A stretch of 64,000 nucleotides of DNA from positions 35,808,001 through 35,872,000 of the forward strand of contig CP086569.2 in NCBI GenBank assembly GCA_009914755.4, in the 5' to 3' direction. The notes under the pieces are model-generated. The model worked only from the letters and a program-made list of their open reading frames with translations. It searched no databases and had not been told where the DNA came from. Every line of letters begins with the position of its first letter. Positions within the stretch are counted from its first letter, which is position 1. Source of the stretch: the human T2T-CHM13v2.0 reference genome, Homo sapiens. Position numbers and translations under genes: made by a program. Below are positions 28,245 through 42,369 of the stretch, in pieces.

Positions 28245-31200
28245 GACTGGAATGGAATGTTCTCGAAGTGAACGGACTCCAATGGAATGGATTCGAAAGG
28301 AATGGAAACTAATGGAATGGAATTAAACGGAAATGAATCAAATAGAATAGAACGGAATTGAATTGAATGGAATCGAATGCAATGGAATCTAATGAAACGG
28401 AAAGGAATGGAATGGAATGGGCTGGAATGGAATGGAATCGAAACGAATGGAATGGAATCGAACTGAAGAGACTGGAATGGAATGCACTGGAATGGAAGGG
28501 AATGTAATGGAAGGTTCTCGAAAAAAATGGAATCGAAAGGAATGGAATTGAATGGAACGGAATAGAGTCGAATGGAATTGAATGGAATGGAATGGACTAG
28601 AGTGAAATGGAATCGAACCACAAGGAATGGACAGGAATAGAATGGTCTCGAATTGAATGGAATCGTATGGAATGGCATCAAACGGAATGGAATGGACAGC
28701 CACGGAATGGAATGGACACCCACGGAATGGAATGCACTCGAATGCAATGGAGTCGACACTAATGGACTGGAATAGAATGGACTCGACTGGTACGGACTCC
28801 AATGGAATGGAATCGAATGGAAGGGAATCGAAAGGAATGGACTCGAAGGGAAAAAACTGCAATGGAAAGGTCTCCAATGGAATGGAAATTAATGGAATGG
28901 AATGGAATCGAATGAAATGGAGTCAAAAGGAATGGAATCGAATGGCAAGAAATCGAATGTAATGGAATCGCAAGGAATTGATGTGAACGGAACGGAATGG
29001 AATGGAATCCAAAGGAATGGAATAGAATGGAATGGAATCGAATGGAAAGGACTCGAATGGAAATCACTCGAATAGAATGCAATTTAATAAAATAGGATCA
29101 AATGTAATGGAATGGAATGGAAAGGAATCGAAACGAAAGGAATGGAGACAGATGGAATGGAATGGAACAGAGAGCAATGGTATAGAATGGAATGGAATCA
29201 TCTGGAATGGAATTGAATGGAATGGAATAATATGAAATGGAATGGAATGGAATGGAATGCCCTTGAATTAAATGGACTGGAATGCAATGGACTCGAACAG
29301 AGTGGAATGGAAAGTGTTGAAATAGAATGGAATGGACTCGTTTGGAATGGTCTAGTATGCAATGCAATCGACTGGCAGGGAATCAAAAGGAATGTAATCG
29401 AATGGATTGGACTGGAATGCAATGGACTCGAATAGATTGGAAACGGAAAGCAAAGGAATGGAATGGAATAGTATGGAATGGAATGGAAAGGAATGGAGTG
29501 GAATAGACTAGAGTGGAATGGAATGGACTCGAAAGCAATGGACTGGAATGGAACTTTCTTGAATGGACTGGAATCAAACGGAATGGAATGCAATGCAATC
29601 AAATGGCATGGAATAAAATAGAATGAAAGAGAATCAAATGGAATTGAATCGAATGGAATCGAATGGATTGGAAAGGAATAGAATGGAATGGAATGGAATT
29701 GACTCAAATGGAATGGACTAGAATGGAATGGATTCGAATGGAAGGCAAAGGAATGGAATCTATTGGAATGGACTGTAATGGAATGGAATGGAAGGGATTG
29801 GAATGGACTCGAATGGAATGGACTGCAGTAGAAAGGATTCGAATGGAATGAAAAAGAATTGAATGGAATAGAACAGAATGGAATCAAATCGAATGAAATG
29901 GAATGGAATAGAAAGGAATGGAATGAAATGGAATGGAAAGGATTCGAATGGAATGCAATCGAATGGAATGCAATCGAATGGAATGGAATCGAACGGAATG
30001 GAATAAAATGGAAGAAAACTGGCAAGAAATGGAATCGAAATGAATGGAGTGTTATGGAACGGACTCAAAAGGAATTGAATGTAATAGAATGGAGTGGAGT
30101 GGACTCGAATATAATGGACTGGAATGGAATGAAATCACATGGAATGGGAACGAATGGAATGGAATGGAAAGGAATGGAATCGAATGCAAAGGAATCGAAT
30201 GGAAGGGAATGAAATTGAATCAACAGGAATGGAAGGGAGTAGAATAGACGGTAATGGAATGGACTCGAATAGAATGGACACGAATGCTCAAATTGAATGG
30301 ACTCGAATGGAATGGAAACGAAAGGAATGTCATCGAATGGAATTGAATCGATTGGAATGAAATCACATAGAATGGAGTGGAATCAAATGGAATTGAATCG
30401 AAAGGAAAGGAAGCGAATGGACTGAAATGAAATGGAATGGAATTGAATGGAAAGTAATGCAATGGAATAGAATGGAACGAAATTTCACGGAATGGAATCA
30501 AACTGAATGGAATCAAATCAATGGAATATAATCAAATGGAATGGAAAGGAATTGAACGGAGTAGATTGGATTGGATGGGATTGGAATGAAATGTACTGGA
30601 AAGGACTCGAAATTCATGAAACGGAATGGAATGAACTGGAACGGAATGGAATCGAATGGAATGGAATGTCATGTAATGGCATCAAATGGAATGGAATCGA
30701 ATGCGATGGAATGCTATGGAATGGAATGGAATGCATAGGAATGGAATGTCCTCTAATGGAATGTATTCGAGTGGAATGGAATCGAATATAATGCAGTCTA
30801 ATGAAATGGAATTGAAAGGAATGGGACCGAATACAATGGAATAAACTGGAATGTAATGTAATGAACTCGAATGTAATTGACTGGAATGGAATGTACATGA
30901 ATGGAATGTAATCGCATGGAAAGCAATCCAATGGAATAGAATCTAATGCAATAAAATCGACTCAAATAGAGTAGAATGTAATGGAATGGAGTGCAGTGCA
31001 ATGGAATGGAATGGAATGCAACGGAATGGAATGGAATGGAATGGAATGGGATGGAATGGTATGGAATGGATAGTAATGGACTGGAGTGAAATGGACTGGA
31101 AAAGAATGGACTCAAATTGAAAGGGCTCGAAAGGAATGGAGTCAAATGGAATGGTCTGGAATGGAATGAACACGAATGTAATGCAATCCAATAGAATGGA

Positions 31201-31778
31201 ATCGAATGGCATAGAATATAAAGAAATGGAATCGAAGAGAATGGAAACAAATGGAATGGAATTGAATGGAATGGAATTGAATGGAATGGGAACGAATGGA
31301 GTGAAATTGTATGCAGTAGAAGAGAATAGAATGGAATGCAAGCGAAAGGAAAGGAATGGATTGGAATGGAATGGAATTCATTGGAATGGAAGGGAATGTA
31401 GTGTAATGGACAGGCCTGGAATAAAGTGGAATGCTACGGTCTCGAATGGAATAAAAATGTATGGAATGGAATGCAATGAAACGGAATCGAATGTCATAGA
31501 ATGTAATGGAATGCAAAAAAATGGAATCCAAAATCATTGACTGGAAAGGCTGGGTGTCGAAAGGAATTGACTCCAATGGAATGGAATCGAATGGAATGGA
31601 AGTGAATAGAATCGAACTAAATCGAATGGAATGGAATTGATAGGAACGGAATGGAAAGGAATGCAATGATTTGGCATGGAATGGAATCGAAAGGCATCGA
31701 ATGGAATGGAATGGAATGCAATGGAATGGAATGTATTAGAATGTAATGAACATTAATGGAAAGTACTCGAATGGATTC
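28245..31778 (+). repeat. HSat3 HOR copy 9 (3534 bp), subtype A
   Basis: The head carries the gaacggactcc variant. Copy 1 at offset 28,244 matches over the first ~2.2 kb. The first ~1 kb is identical to copy 12, and the remainder matches copy 12 at lower identity. Confidence 0.85.
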
Positions 31779-34700
31779 GACTGGAATGGAATGTTCTGGA
31801 AGTGAATGGACTCCAATGGAATGGATTCGAAAGGAATGGAATCGAACGGAATGGAATTAAACGGAAATGAATCAAATAGAATAGAACGGAATTGAATTGA
31901 ATGGAATCGAATGCAATGGAATCTAATGAAACGGAAAGGAATGGAATGGAATGGGCTGGAATGGAATGGAATCGAAACGAATGGAATGGAATCGAACTGA
32001 AGAGACTGGAATGGAATGCACTGGAATGGAAGGGAATGTAATGGAAGGTTCTCGAAAAAAATGGAATCGAAAGGAATGGAATTGAATGGAACGGAATAGA
32101 GTCGAATGGAATTCAATGGAATGGAATGGACTAGAGTGAAATGGAATCGAACCACAAGGAATGGACAGGAATAGAATGGTCTCGAATTGAATGGAATCGT
32201 ATGGAATGGCATCAAACGGAATGGAATGGACGGCCACGGAATGGAATGCACTCGAATGCAATGGAGTCGAAACTAATGGACTGGAATAGAATGGACTCGA
32301 CTGGTACGGACTCCAATGGAATGGAATCGAATGGAAGGGAATCGAACGGAATGGACTCGAAGGGAAAAGACTGCAATGGAAAGGTCTCGAATGGAATGGA
32401 AATTAATGGAATGGAATGGAATCGAATGAAATGGAGTCAAAAGGAATGGAATCGAATGGCAAGAAATCGAATGTAATGGAATCGCAAGGAATTGATGTGA
32501 ACGGAACGGAATGGAATGGAATCCAAAGGAATGGAATAGAATGGAATGGAATCGAATGGAAAGGACTCGAATGGAAATCACTCGAATAGAATGCAATTTA
32601 ATAAAATAGGATCAAATGTAATGGAATGGAATGGAAAGGAATCGAAACGAAAGGAATGGAGACAGATGGAATGGAATGGAACAGAGAGCAATGGTATAGA
32701 ATGGAATGGAATCATCTGGAATGGAATTGAATGGAATGGAATAATATGAAATGGAATGGAATGGAATGGAATACCCTTGAATTAAATGGACTGGAATGGA
32801 ATGGACTCGAACAGAGTGGAATGGAAAGTGTTGAAATAGAATGGAATGGACTCGTTTGGAATGGTCTAGTATGCAATGCAATCGACTGGCAGGGAATCAA
32901 AAGGAATGTAATCGAATGGATTGGACTGGAATGCAATGGACTCGAATAGATTGGAAACGGAAAGCAAAGGAATGGAATGGAATAGTATGGAATGGAATGC
33001 AAAGGAATGGAGTGGAATAGACTAGAGTGGAATGGAATGGACTGGAAAGCAATGGACTGGAATGGAACTTTCTTGAATGGACTGGAATCAAACGGAATGG
33101 AATGCAATGCAATCAAATGGCATGGAATAAAATAGAATGAAAGAGAATCAAATGGAATTGAATCGAATGGAATCGAATGGATTGGAAAGGAATAGAATGG
33201 AATGGAATGGAATTGACTCAAATGGAATGGACTAGAATGGAATGGATTCGAATGGAAGGCAAAGGAATGGAATCTATTGGAATGGACTGTAATGGAATGG
33301 AATGGAAGGGATTGTAATGGACTCGAATGGAATGGACTGCAGTAGAAAGGATTCGAATGGAATGAAAAAGAATTGAATGGAATAGAACAGAATGGAATCA
33401 AATCGAATGAAATGGAATGGAATAGAAAGGAATGGAATGAAATGGAATGGAAAGGATTCGAATGGAATGCAATCGAATGGAATGAAATCGAATGGAATGG
33501 AATCGAACGGAATGGAATAAAATGGAAGAAAACTGGCAAGAAATGGAATCGAAATGAATGGAGTGTTACGGAACGGACTCAAAAGGAATTGAATGTAATA
33601 GAATGGAGTGGAGTGGACTCGAATATAATGGACTAGAATGGAATGAAATCACATGGAATGGGAACGAATGGAATGGAATGGAAAGGAATGGAATCGAATG
33701 GAAAGGAATCGAATGGAAGGGAATGAAATTGAATCAACAGGAATGGAAGGGAGTAGAATAGACGGTAATGGAATGGACTCGAATAGAATGGACACGAATG
33801 CTCAAATTGAATGGACTCGAATGGAATGGCAACGAAAGGAATGTCATCGAATGGAATTGAATCGTTGGAATGAAATCACATAGAATGGAGTGGAATCAAA
33901 TGGAATTGAATCGAAAGGAAAGGAAGCGAATGGACTGAAATGAAATGGAATGGAATTGAATGGAAATTAATGCAATGGAATAGAATGGAACGAAATTTCA
34001 CGGAATGGAATCAAACTGAATGGAATCAAATCAATGGAATATAATCAAATGGAATGGAAAGGAATTGAATGGAGTAGATTGGATTGGATGGGATTGGAAT
34101 GAAATGTACTGGAAAGGACTCGAATTTCATGAAACGGAATGGAATGAATTAGAACGGAATGGACTCGAATGGAATGGAATGTCATGGAATGGCATCAAAT
34201 GGAATGGAATCGAATGCAATGGAATGCTTTGGAATGGAATGGAATGCATTGGAATGGAATGTCCTCTAATGGAATGTATTCGAGTGGAATGGAATCGAAT
34301 ATAATGGAGTCTAATGAAATGGAATTGAAAGGAATGGGACCGAATACAATGGAATATACTGGAATGTAATGTAATGAACTCGAATGTAATTGACTGGAAT
34401 GGAATGTACATGAATGGAATGTAATCGAATGGAAAGCAATCCAATGGAATAGAATCTAATGCAATAAAATCGACTCAAATAGAGTAGAATGTAATGGAAT
34501 GGAGTGCAGTGCAATGGAATGGAATGGAATGGAATGCAATGGAATGGAATGGAATGGAATGGGATGGAATGGTATGGAATGGATAGTAATGGACTGGAGT
34601 GAAATGGACTGGAAAAGAATGGACTCAAATTGAAAGGGCTCGAAAGGAATGGAGTCAAATGGAATGGTCTGGAATGGAATGAACACGAATGTAATGCAAT

Positions 34701-35291
34701 CCAATAGAATGGAATCGAATGGCATGGAATATAAAGAAATGGAATCGAAGAGAATGGAAACAAATGGAATGGAATTGAATGGAATGGAATTGAATGGAAT
34801 GGGAACGAATGGAGTGAAATTGTATGCAGTAGAAGAGAATAGAATGGAATGCAAGCGAAAGGAAAGGAATGGATTGGAATGGAATGGAATTCATTGGAAT
34901 GGAAGGGAATGTAGTGTAATGGACAGGCCTGGAATAAAGTGGAATGCTACGGTCTCGAATGGAATAAAAATGTATGGAACGGAATGCAATGAAACGGAAT
35001 CGAATGTCATAGAATGTAATGGAATGCAAAAAAATGGACTCCAAAATCATTGACTGGAAAGGCTGGGTGTCGAAAGGAATTGACTCCAATGGAATGGAAT
35101 CGAATGGAATGGAAGTGAATAGAATCGAACTAAATCGAATGGAATGGAATTGATAGGAACGGAATGGAAAGGAATGCAATGATTTGGCATGGAATGGAAT
35201 CGAATGGCATCGAATGGAATGGAATGGAATGCAATGGAATGGAATGTATTAGAATGTAATGAACTTTAATGGAATGTACTCGAATGGATTC
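31779..35291 (+). repeat. HSat3 HOR copy 10 (3513 bp), subtype D
   Basis: Twin of copy 7. Confidence 0.85.
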
Positions 35292-38200
35292 GACTGGAAT
35301 GGAATGTTCTCGAAGTGAATGGACTCCAATGGAATGGATTCGAAAGGAATGGAATCTAATGGAATGGAATTAAATGGAAATGAATCAAATTGAATAGAAC
35401 GGAATTGAATTGAATGGAATCGAATGCAATGGAATCTAATGAAACGGAAAGGAAAGGAATGGAATGGATTGGAATGGAATGGGCTGGAATGGAATGGAAT
35501 CGAAACGAATGGAATGGAATCGAACTGAAGAGACTGGAATGGAATGCACTGGAATGGAAGGGAATGTAATGGAAGGTTCTCGAAAAAAATGGAATCGAAA
35601 GGAATGGAATTGAATGGAACGGAATAGAGTCGAATGGAATTGAATGGAATGGAATGGACTAGAGTGAAATGGAATCGAACCACAAGGAATGGACAGGAAT
35701 AGAATGGTCTCGAATTGAATGGAATCGTATGGAATGGCATCAAACGGAATGGAATGGACAGCCACGGAATGGAATGGACACCCACGGAATGGAATGCACT
35801 CGAATGCAATGGAGTCGACACTAATGGACTGGAATAGAATGGACTCGACTGGTACGGACTCCAATGGAATGGAATCGAATGGAAGGGAATCGAAAGGAAT
35901 GGACTCGAAGGGAAAAGACTGCAATGGAAAGGTCTCGAATGGAATGGAAATTAATGGAATGGAATGGAATCGAATGAAATGGAGTCAAAAGGAATGGAAT
36001 CGAATGGCAAGAAATCGAATGTAATGGAATCGCAAGGAATTGATGTGAACGGAACGGAATGGAATGGAATCCAAAGGAATGGAATAGAATGGAATGGAAT
36101 CGAATGGAAAGGACTCGAATGGAAATCACTCGAATAGAATGCAATTTAATAAAATAGGATCAAATGTAATGGAATGGAATGGAAAGGAATCGAAACGAAA
36201 GGAATGGAGACAGATGGAATGGAATGGAACAGAGAGCAATGGTATAGAATGGAATGGAATCATCTGGAATGGAATTGAATGGAATGGAATAATATGAAAT
36301 GGAATGGAATGGAATGGAATGCCCTTGAATTAAATGGACTGGAATGCAATGGACTCGAACAGAGTGGAATGGAAAGTGTTGAAATAGAATGGAATGGACT
36401 CGTTTGGAATGGTCTAGTATGCAATGCAATCGACTGGCAGGGAATCAAAAGGAATGTAATCGAATGGATTGGACTGGAATGCAATGGACTCGAATAGATT
36501 GGAAGCGGAAAGCAAAGGAATGGAATGGAATAGTATGGAATGGAATGCAAAGGAATGGAGTGGAATAGACTAGAGTGGAATGGAATGGACTCGAAAGCAA
36601 TGGACTGGAATGGAACTTTCTTGAATGGACTGGAATCAAACGGAATGGAATGCAATGCAATCAAATGGCATGGAATAAAATAGAATGAAAGAGAATCAAA
36701 TGGAATTGAATCGAATGGAATCGAATGGATTGGAAAGGAATAGAATGGAATGGAATGGAATTGACTCAAATGGAATGGACTAGAATGGAATGGATTCGAA
36801 TGGAAGGCAAAGGAATGGAATCTATTGGAATGGACTGTAATGGAATGGAATGGAAGGGATTGGAATGGACTCGAATGGAATGCGCTGCAATAGAAAGGAT
36901 TCGAATGGAATGAAAAAGAATTGAATGGAATAGAACAGAATGGAATCAAATCGAATGAAATGGAATGGAATAGAAAGGAATGCAATGAAATGGAATGGAA
37001 AGGATTCCAATGGAATGCAATCGAATGGAATGAAATCGATTGGAATGGAATCGAACGGAATGGAATAAAATGGAAGAAAACTGGCAAGAAATGGAGTCGA
37101 AATGAATGGAGTGTTATGGAACGGACTCAAAAGGAATTGAATGTAATAGAATGGAGTGGAGTGGACTCGAATATAATGGACTGGAGTGGAATGAAATCAC
37201 ATGGAATGGGAACGAATGGAATGGAATGGAAAGGAATGGAATCGAATGGAAAGGAATCGAATGGAAGGGAATGAAATTGAATCAACAGGAATGGAAGGGA
37301 GTAGAATCGACGGTAATGGAATGGACTCGAATAGAATGGACACGAATGCTCAAATTGAATGGACTCGAATGGAATGGAAACGAAAGGAATGTCATCGAAT
37401 GGAATTGAATCGATTGGAATGAAATCACATAGAATGGAGTGGAATCAAATGGAATTGAATCGAAAGGAAAGGAAGCGAATGGACTGAAATGAAATGGAAT
37501 GGAATTGAATGGAAATTAATGCAATGGAATAGAATGGAACGAAATTTCACGGAATGGAATCAAACTGAATGGAATCAAATCAATGGAATATAATCAAATG
37601 GAATGGAAAGGAATTGAATGGAGTAGATTGGATTGGATGGGATTGGAATGAAATGTACTGGAAAGGACTCGAATTTCATGAAACGGAATGGAATGAATTA
37701 GAACGGAATGGACTCGAATGGAATGGAATGTCATGGAATGGCATCAAATGGAATGGAATCGAATGCGATGGAATGCTATGGAATGGAATGGAATGCATTG
37801 GAATGGAATGTCCTCTAATGGAATGGATTCGAGTGGAATGGAATCGAATATAATGGAGTCTAATGAAATAGAATTGAAAGGAATGGGACCGAATACAATG
37901 GAATATACTGGAATGTAATGTAATGAACTCGAATGTAATTGACTGGAATGGAATGTACGTGAATGGAATGTAATCGAATGGAAAGCAATCCAATGGAATA
38001 GAATCTAATGCAATAAAATCGAGTCAAATAGAGTAGAATGTAATGGAATGGAGTGCAGTGCAATGGAATGGAATGGAATGGAATGCAATGGAATGGAATG
38101 GAATGGGATGGAATGGTATGGAATGGATAGTAATGGACTGGAGTGAAATGGACTGGAAAAGAATGGACTCAAATTGAAAGGGCTCGAAAGGAATGGAGTC

Positions 38201-38835
38201 AAATGGAATGGTCTGGAATGGAATGAACACGAATGTAATGCAATCCAATAGAATGGAATCGAATGGCATGGAATATAAAGAAATGGAATCGAAGAGAATG
38301 GAAACAAATGGAATGGAATTGAATGGAATGGAATTGAATGGAATGAGAACGAATGGAGTGAAATTGTATGCAGTAGAAGAGAATAGAATGGAATGCAAGC
38401 GAAAGGAAAGGAATGGATTGGAATGGAATGGAATTCATTGGAATGGAAGGGAATGTAGTGTAATGGACAGGCCTGGAATAAAGTGGAATGCTACGGTCTC
38501 GAATGGAATAAAAATGTATGGAATGGAATGCAATGAAACGGAATCGAATGTCATAGAATGTAATGGAATGCAAAAAAATGGAATCCAAAATCATTGACTG
38601 GAAAGGCTGGGTGTCGAAAGGAATTGACTCCAATGGAATGGAATCGAATGGAATGGAAGTGAATAGAATCGAACTAAATCGAATGGAATGGAATTGATAG
38701 GAACGGAATGGAAAGGAATGCAATGATTTGGCATGGAATGGAATCGAATGGCATCGAATGGAATGGAATGGAATGCAATGGAATGGAATGTATTAGAATG
38801 TAATGAACTTTAATGGAATGTACTCGAATGGATTC
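35292..38835 (+). repeat. HSat3 HOR copy 11 (3544 bp), subtype B
   Basis: Twin of copy 8. Confidence 0.85.
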
Positions 38836-41800
38836 GACTGGAATGGAATGTTCTCGAAGTGAACGGACTCCAATGGAATGGATTCGAAAGGAATGGAAAC
38901 TAATGGAATGGAATTAAACGGAAATGAATCAAATAGAATAGAACGGAATTGAATTGAATGGAATCGAATGCAATGGAATCTAATGAAACGGAAAGGAATG
39001 GAATGGAATGGGCTGGAATGGAATGGAATCGAAACGAATGGAATGGAATCGAACTGAAGAGACTGGAATGGAATGCACTGGAATGGAAGGGAATGTAATG
39101 GAAGGTTCTCGAAAAAAATGGAATCGAAAGGAATGGAATTGAATGGAACGGAATAGAGTCGAATGGAATTCAATGGAATGGAATGGACTAGAGTGAAATG
39201 GAATCGAACCACAAGGAATGGACAGGAATAGAATGGTCTCGAATTGAATGGAATCGTATGGAATGGCATCAAACGGAATGGAATGGACAGCCACGGAATG
39301 GAATGGACACCCACGGAATGGAATGCACTCGAATGCAATGGAGTCGACACTAATGGACTGGAATAGAATGGACTCGACTGGTACGGACTCCAATGGAATG
39401 GAATCGAATGGAAGGGAATCGAAAGGAATGGACTCGAAGGGAAAAAACTGCAATGGAAAGGTCTCCAATGGAATGGAAATTAATGGAATGGAATGGAATC
39501 GAATGAAATGGAGTCAAAAGGAATGGAATCGAATGGCAAGAAATCGAATGTAATGGAATCGCAAGGAATTGATGTGAACGGAACGGAATGGAATGGAATC
39601 CAAAGGAATGGAATAGAATGGAATGGAATCGAATGGAAAGGACTCGAATGGAAATCACTCGAATAGAATGCAATTTAATAAAATAGGATCAAATGTAATG
39701 GAATGGAATGGAAAGGAATCGAAACGAAAGGAATGGAGACAGATGGAATGGAATGGAACAGAGAGCAATGGTATAGAATGGAATGGAATCATCTGGAATG
39801 GAATTGAATGGAATGGAATAATATGAAATGGAATGGAATGGAATGGAATGCCCTTGAATTAAATGGACTGGAATGCAATGGACTCGAACAGAGTGGAATG
39901 GAAAGTGTTGAAATAGAATGGAATGGACTCGTTTGGAATGGTCTAGTATGCAATGCAATCGACTGGCAGGGAATCAAAAGGAATGTAATCGAATGGATTG
40001 GACTGGAATGCAATGGACTCGAATAGATTGGAAATGGAAAGCAAAGGAATGGAATGGAATAGTATGGAATGGAATGCAAAGGAATGGAGTGGAATAGACT
40101 AGAGTGGAATGGAATGGACTCGAAAGCAATGGACTGGAATGGAACTTTCTTGAATGGACTGGAATCAAACGGAATGGAATGCAATGCAATCAAATGGCAT
40201 GGAATAAAATAGAATGAAAGAGAATCAAATGGAATTGAATCGAATGGAATCGAATGGATTGGAAAGGAATAGAATGGAATGGAATGGAATTGACTCAAAT
40301 GGAATGGACTAGAATGGAATGGATTCGAATGGAAGGCAAAGGAATGGAATCTATTGGAATGGACTGTAATGGAATGGAATGGAAGGGATTGGAATGGACT
40401 CGAATGGAATGGACTGCAGTAGAAAGGATTCGAATGGAATGAAAAAGAATTGAATGGAATAGAACAGAATGGAATCAAATCGAATGAAATGGAATGGAAT
40501 AGAAAGGAATGGAATGAAATGGAATGGAAAGGATTCGAATGGAATGCAATCGAATGGAATGCAATCGAATGGAATGGAATCGAACGGAATGGAATAAAAT
40601 GGAAGAAAACTGGCAAGAAATGGAATCGAAATGAATGGAGTGTTATGGAACGGACTCAAAAGGAATTGAATGTAATAGAATGGAGTGGAGTGGACTCGAA
40701 TATAATGGACTGGAATGGAATGAAATCACATGGAATGGGAACGAATGGAATGGAATGGAAAGGAATGGAATCGAATGCAAAGGAATCGAATGGAAGGGAA
40801 CGAAATTGAATCAACAGGAATGGAAGGGAGTAGAATAGACGGTAATGGAATGGACTCGAATAGAATGGACACGAATGCTCAAATTGAATGGACTCGAATG
40901 GAATGGAAACGAAAGGAATGTCATCGAATGGAATTGAATCGATTGGAATGAAATCACATAGAATGGAGTGGAATCAAATGGAATTGAATCGAAAGGAAAG
41001 GAAGCGAATGGACTGAAATGAAATGGAATGGAATTGAATGGAAATTAATTCAATGGAATAGAATGGAACGAAATTTCACGGAATGGAATCAAACTGAATG
41101 GAATCAAATCAATGGAATATAATCAAATGGAATGGAAAGGAATTGAATGGAGTAGATTGAATTGGATGGGATTGGAATGAAATGTACTGGAAAGGACTCG
41201 AATTTCATGAAACGGAATGGAATGAATTAGAACGGAATGGACTCGAATGGAATGGAATGTCATGGAATGGCATCAAATGGAATGGAATCGAATGCGATGG
41301 AATGCTATGGAATGGAATGGAATGCATTGGAATGGAATGTCCTCTAATGGAATGTATTCGAGTGGAATGGAATCGAATATAATGGAGTCTAATGAAATGG
41401 AATTGAAAGGAATGGGACCGAATACAATGGAATATACTGGAATGTAATGTAATGAACTCGAATGTAATTGACTGGAATGGAATGTACATGAATGGAATGT
41501 AATCGAATGGAAAGCAATCCAATGGAATAGAATCTAATGCAATAAAATCGACTCAAATAGAGTAGAATGTAATGGAATGGAGTGCAGTGCAATGGAATGG
41601 AATGGAATGGAATGCAATGGAATGGAATGGAATGGAATGGGATGGAATGGTATGGAATGGATAGTAATGGACTGGAGTGAAATGGACTGGAAAAGAATGG
41701 ACTCAAATTGAAAGGGCTCGAAAGGAATGGAGTCAAATGGAATGGTCTGGAATGGAATGAACACGAATGTAATGCAATCCAATAGAATGGAATCGAATGG

Positions 41801-42369
41801 CATGGAATATAAAGAAATGGAATCGAAGAGAATGGAAACAAATGGAATGGAATTGAATGGAATGGAATTGAATGGAATGGGAACGAATGGAGTGAAATTG
41901 TATGCAGTAGAAGAGAATAGAATGGAATGCAAGCGAAAGGAAAGGAATGGATTGGAATGGAATGGAATTCATTGGAATGGAAGGGAATGTAGTGTAATGG
42001 ACAGGCCTGGAATAAAGTGGAATGCTACGGTCTCGAATGGAATAAAAATGTATGGAACGGAATGCAATGAAACGGAATCGAATGTCATAGAATGTAATGG
42101 AATGCAAAAAAATGGACTCCAAAATCATTGACTGGAAAGGCTGGGTGTCGAAAGGAATTGACTCCAATGGAATGGAATCGAATGGAATGGAAGTGAATAG
42201 AATCGAACTAAATCGAATGGAATGGAATTGATAGGAACGGAATGGAAAGGAATGCAATGATTTGGCATGGAATGGAATCGAATGGCATCGAATGGAATGG
42301 AATGGAATGCAATGGAATGGAATGTATTAGAATGTAATGAACTTTAATGGAATGTACTCGAATGGATTC
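38836..42369 (+). repeat. HSat3 HOR copy 12 (3534 bp), subtype A
   Basis: Near-identical to copy 1 at offset 38,835. Resembles copy 9. Confidence 0.85.

Larger units (their letters stand above)
19900..29200 (+). repeat. Left copy of a ~9.3-kb near-identical block inside a 3-HOR (10,591-bp) tandem duplication. Its partner is at 30491-39791.
   Basis: Every six-frame pseudo-ORF in this interval is amino-acid-identical to the one exactly 10,591 bp downstream. Examples are 19916-20200 = 30507-30791, 20545-20949 = 31136-31540, 25128-25433 = 35719-36024 and 28389-28877 = 38980-39468. Outside the interval, single differences reappear. Confidence 0.8.
30491..39791 (+). repeat. Right copy of the 10,591-bp-offset near-identical block
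   Basis: See the partner feature. Identity is inferred from identical ORF translations and matching unit lengths (3513/3544/3534 twice). Confidence 0.8.
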
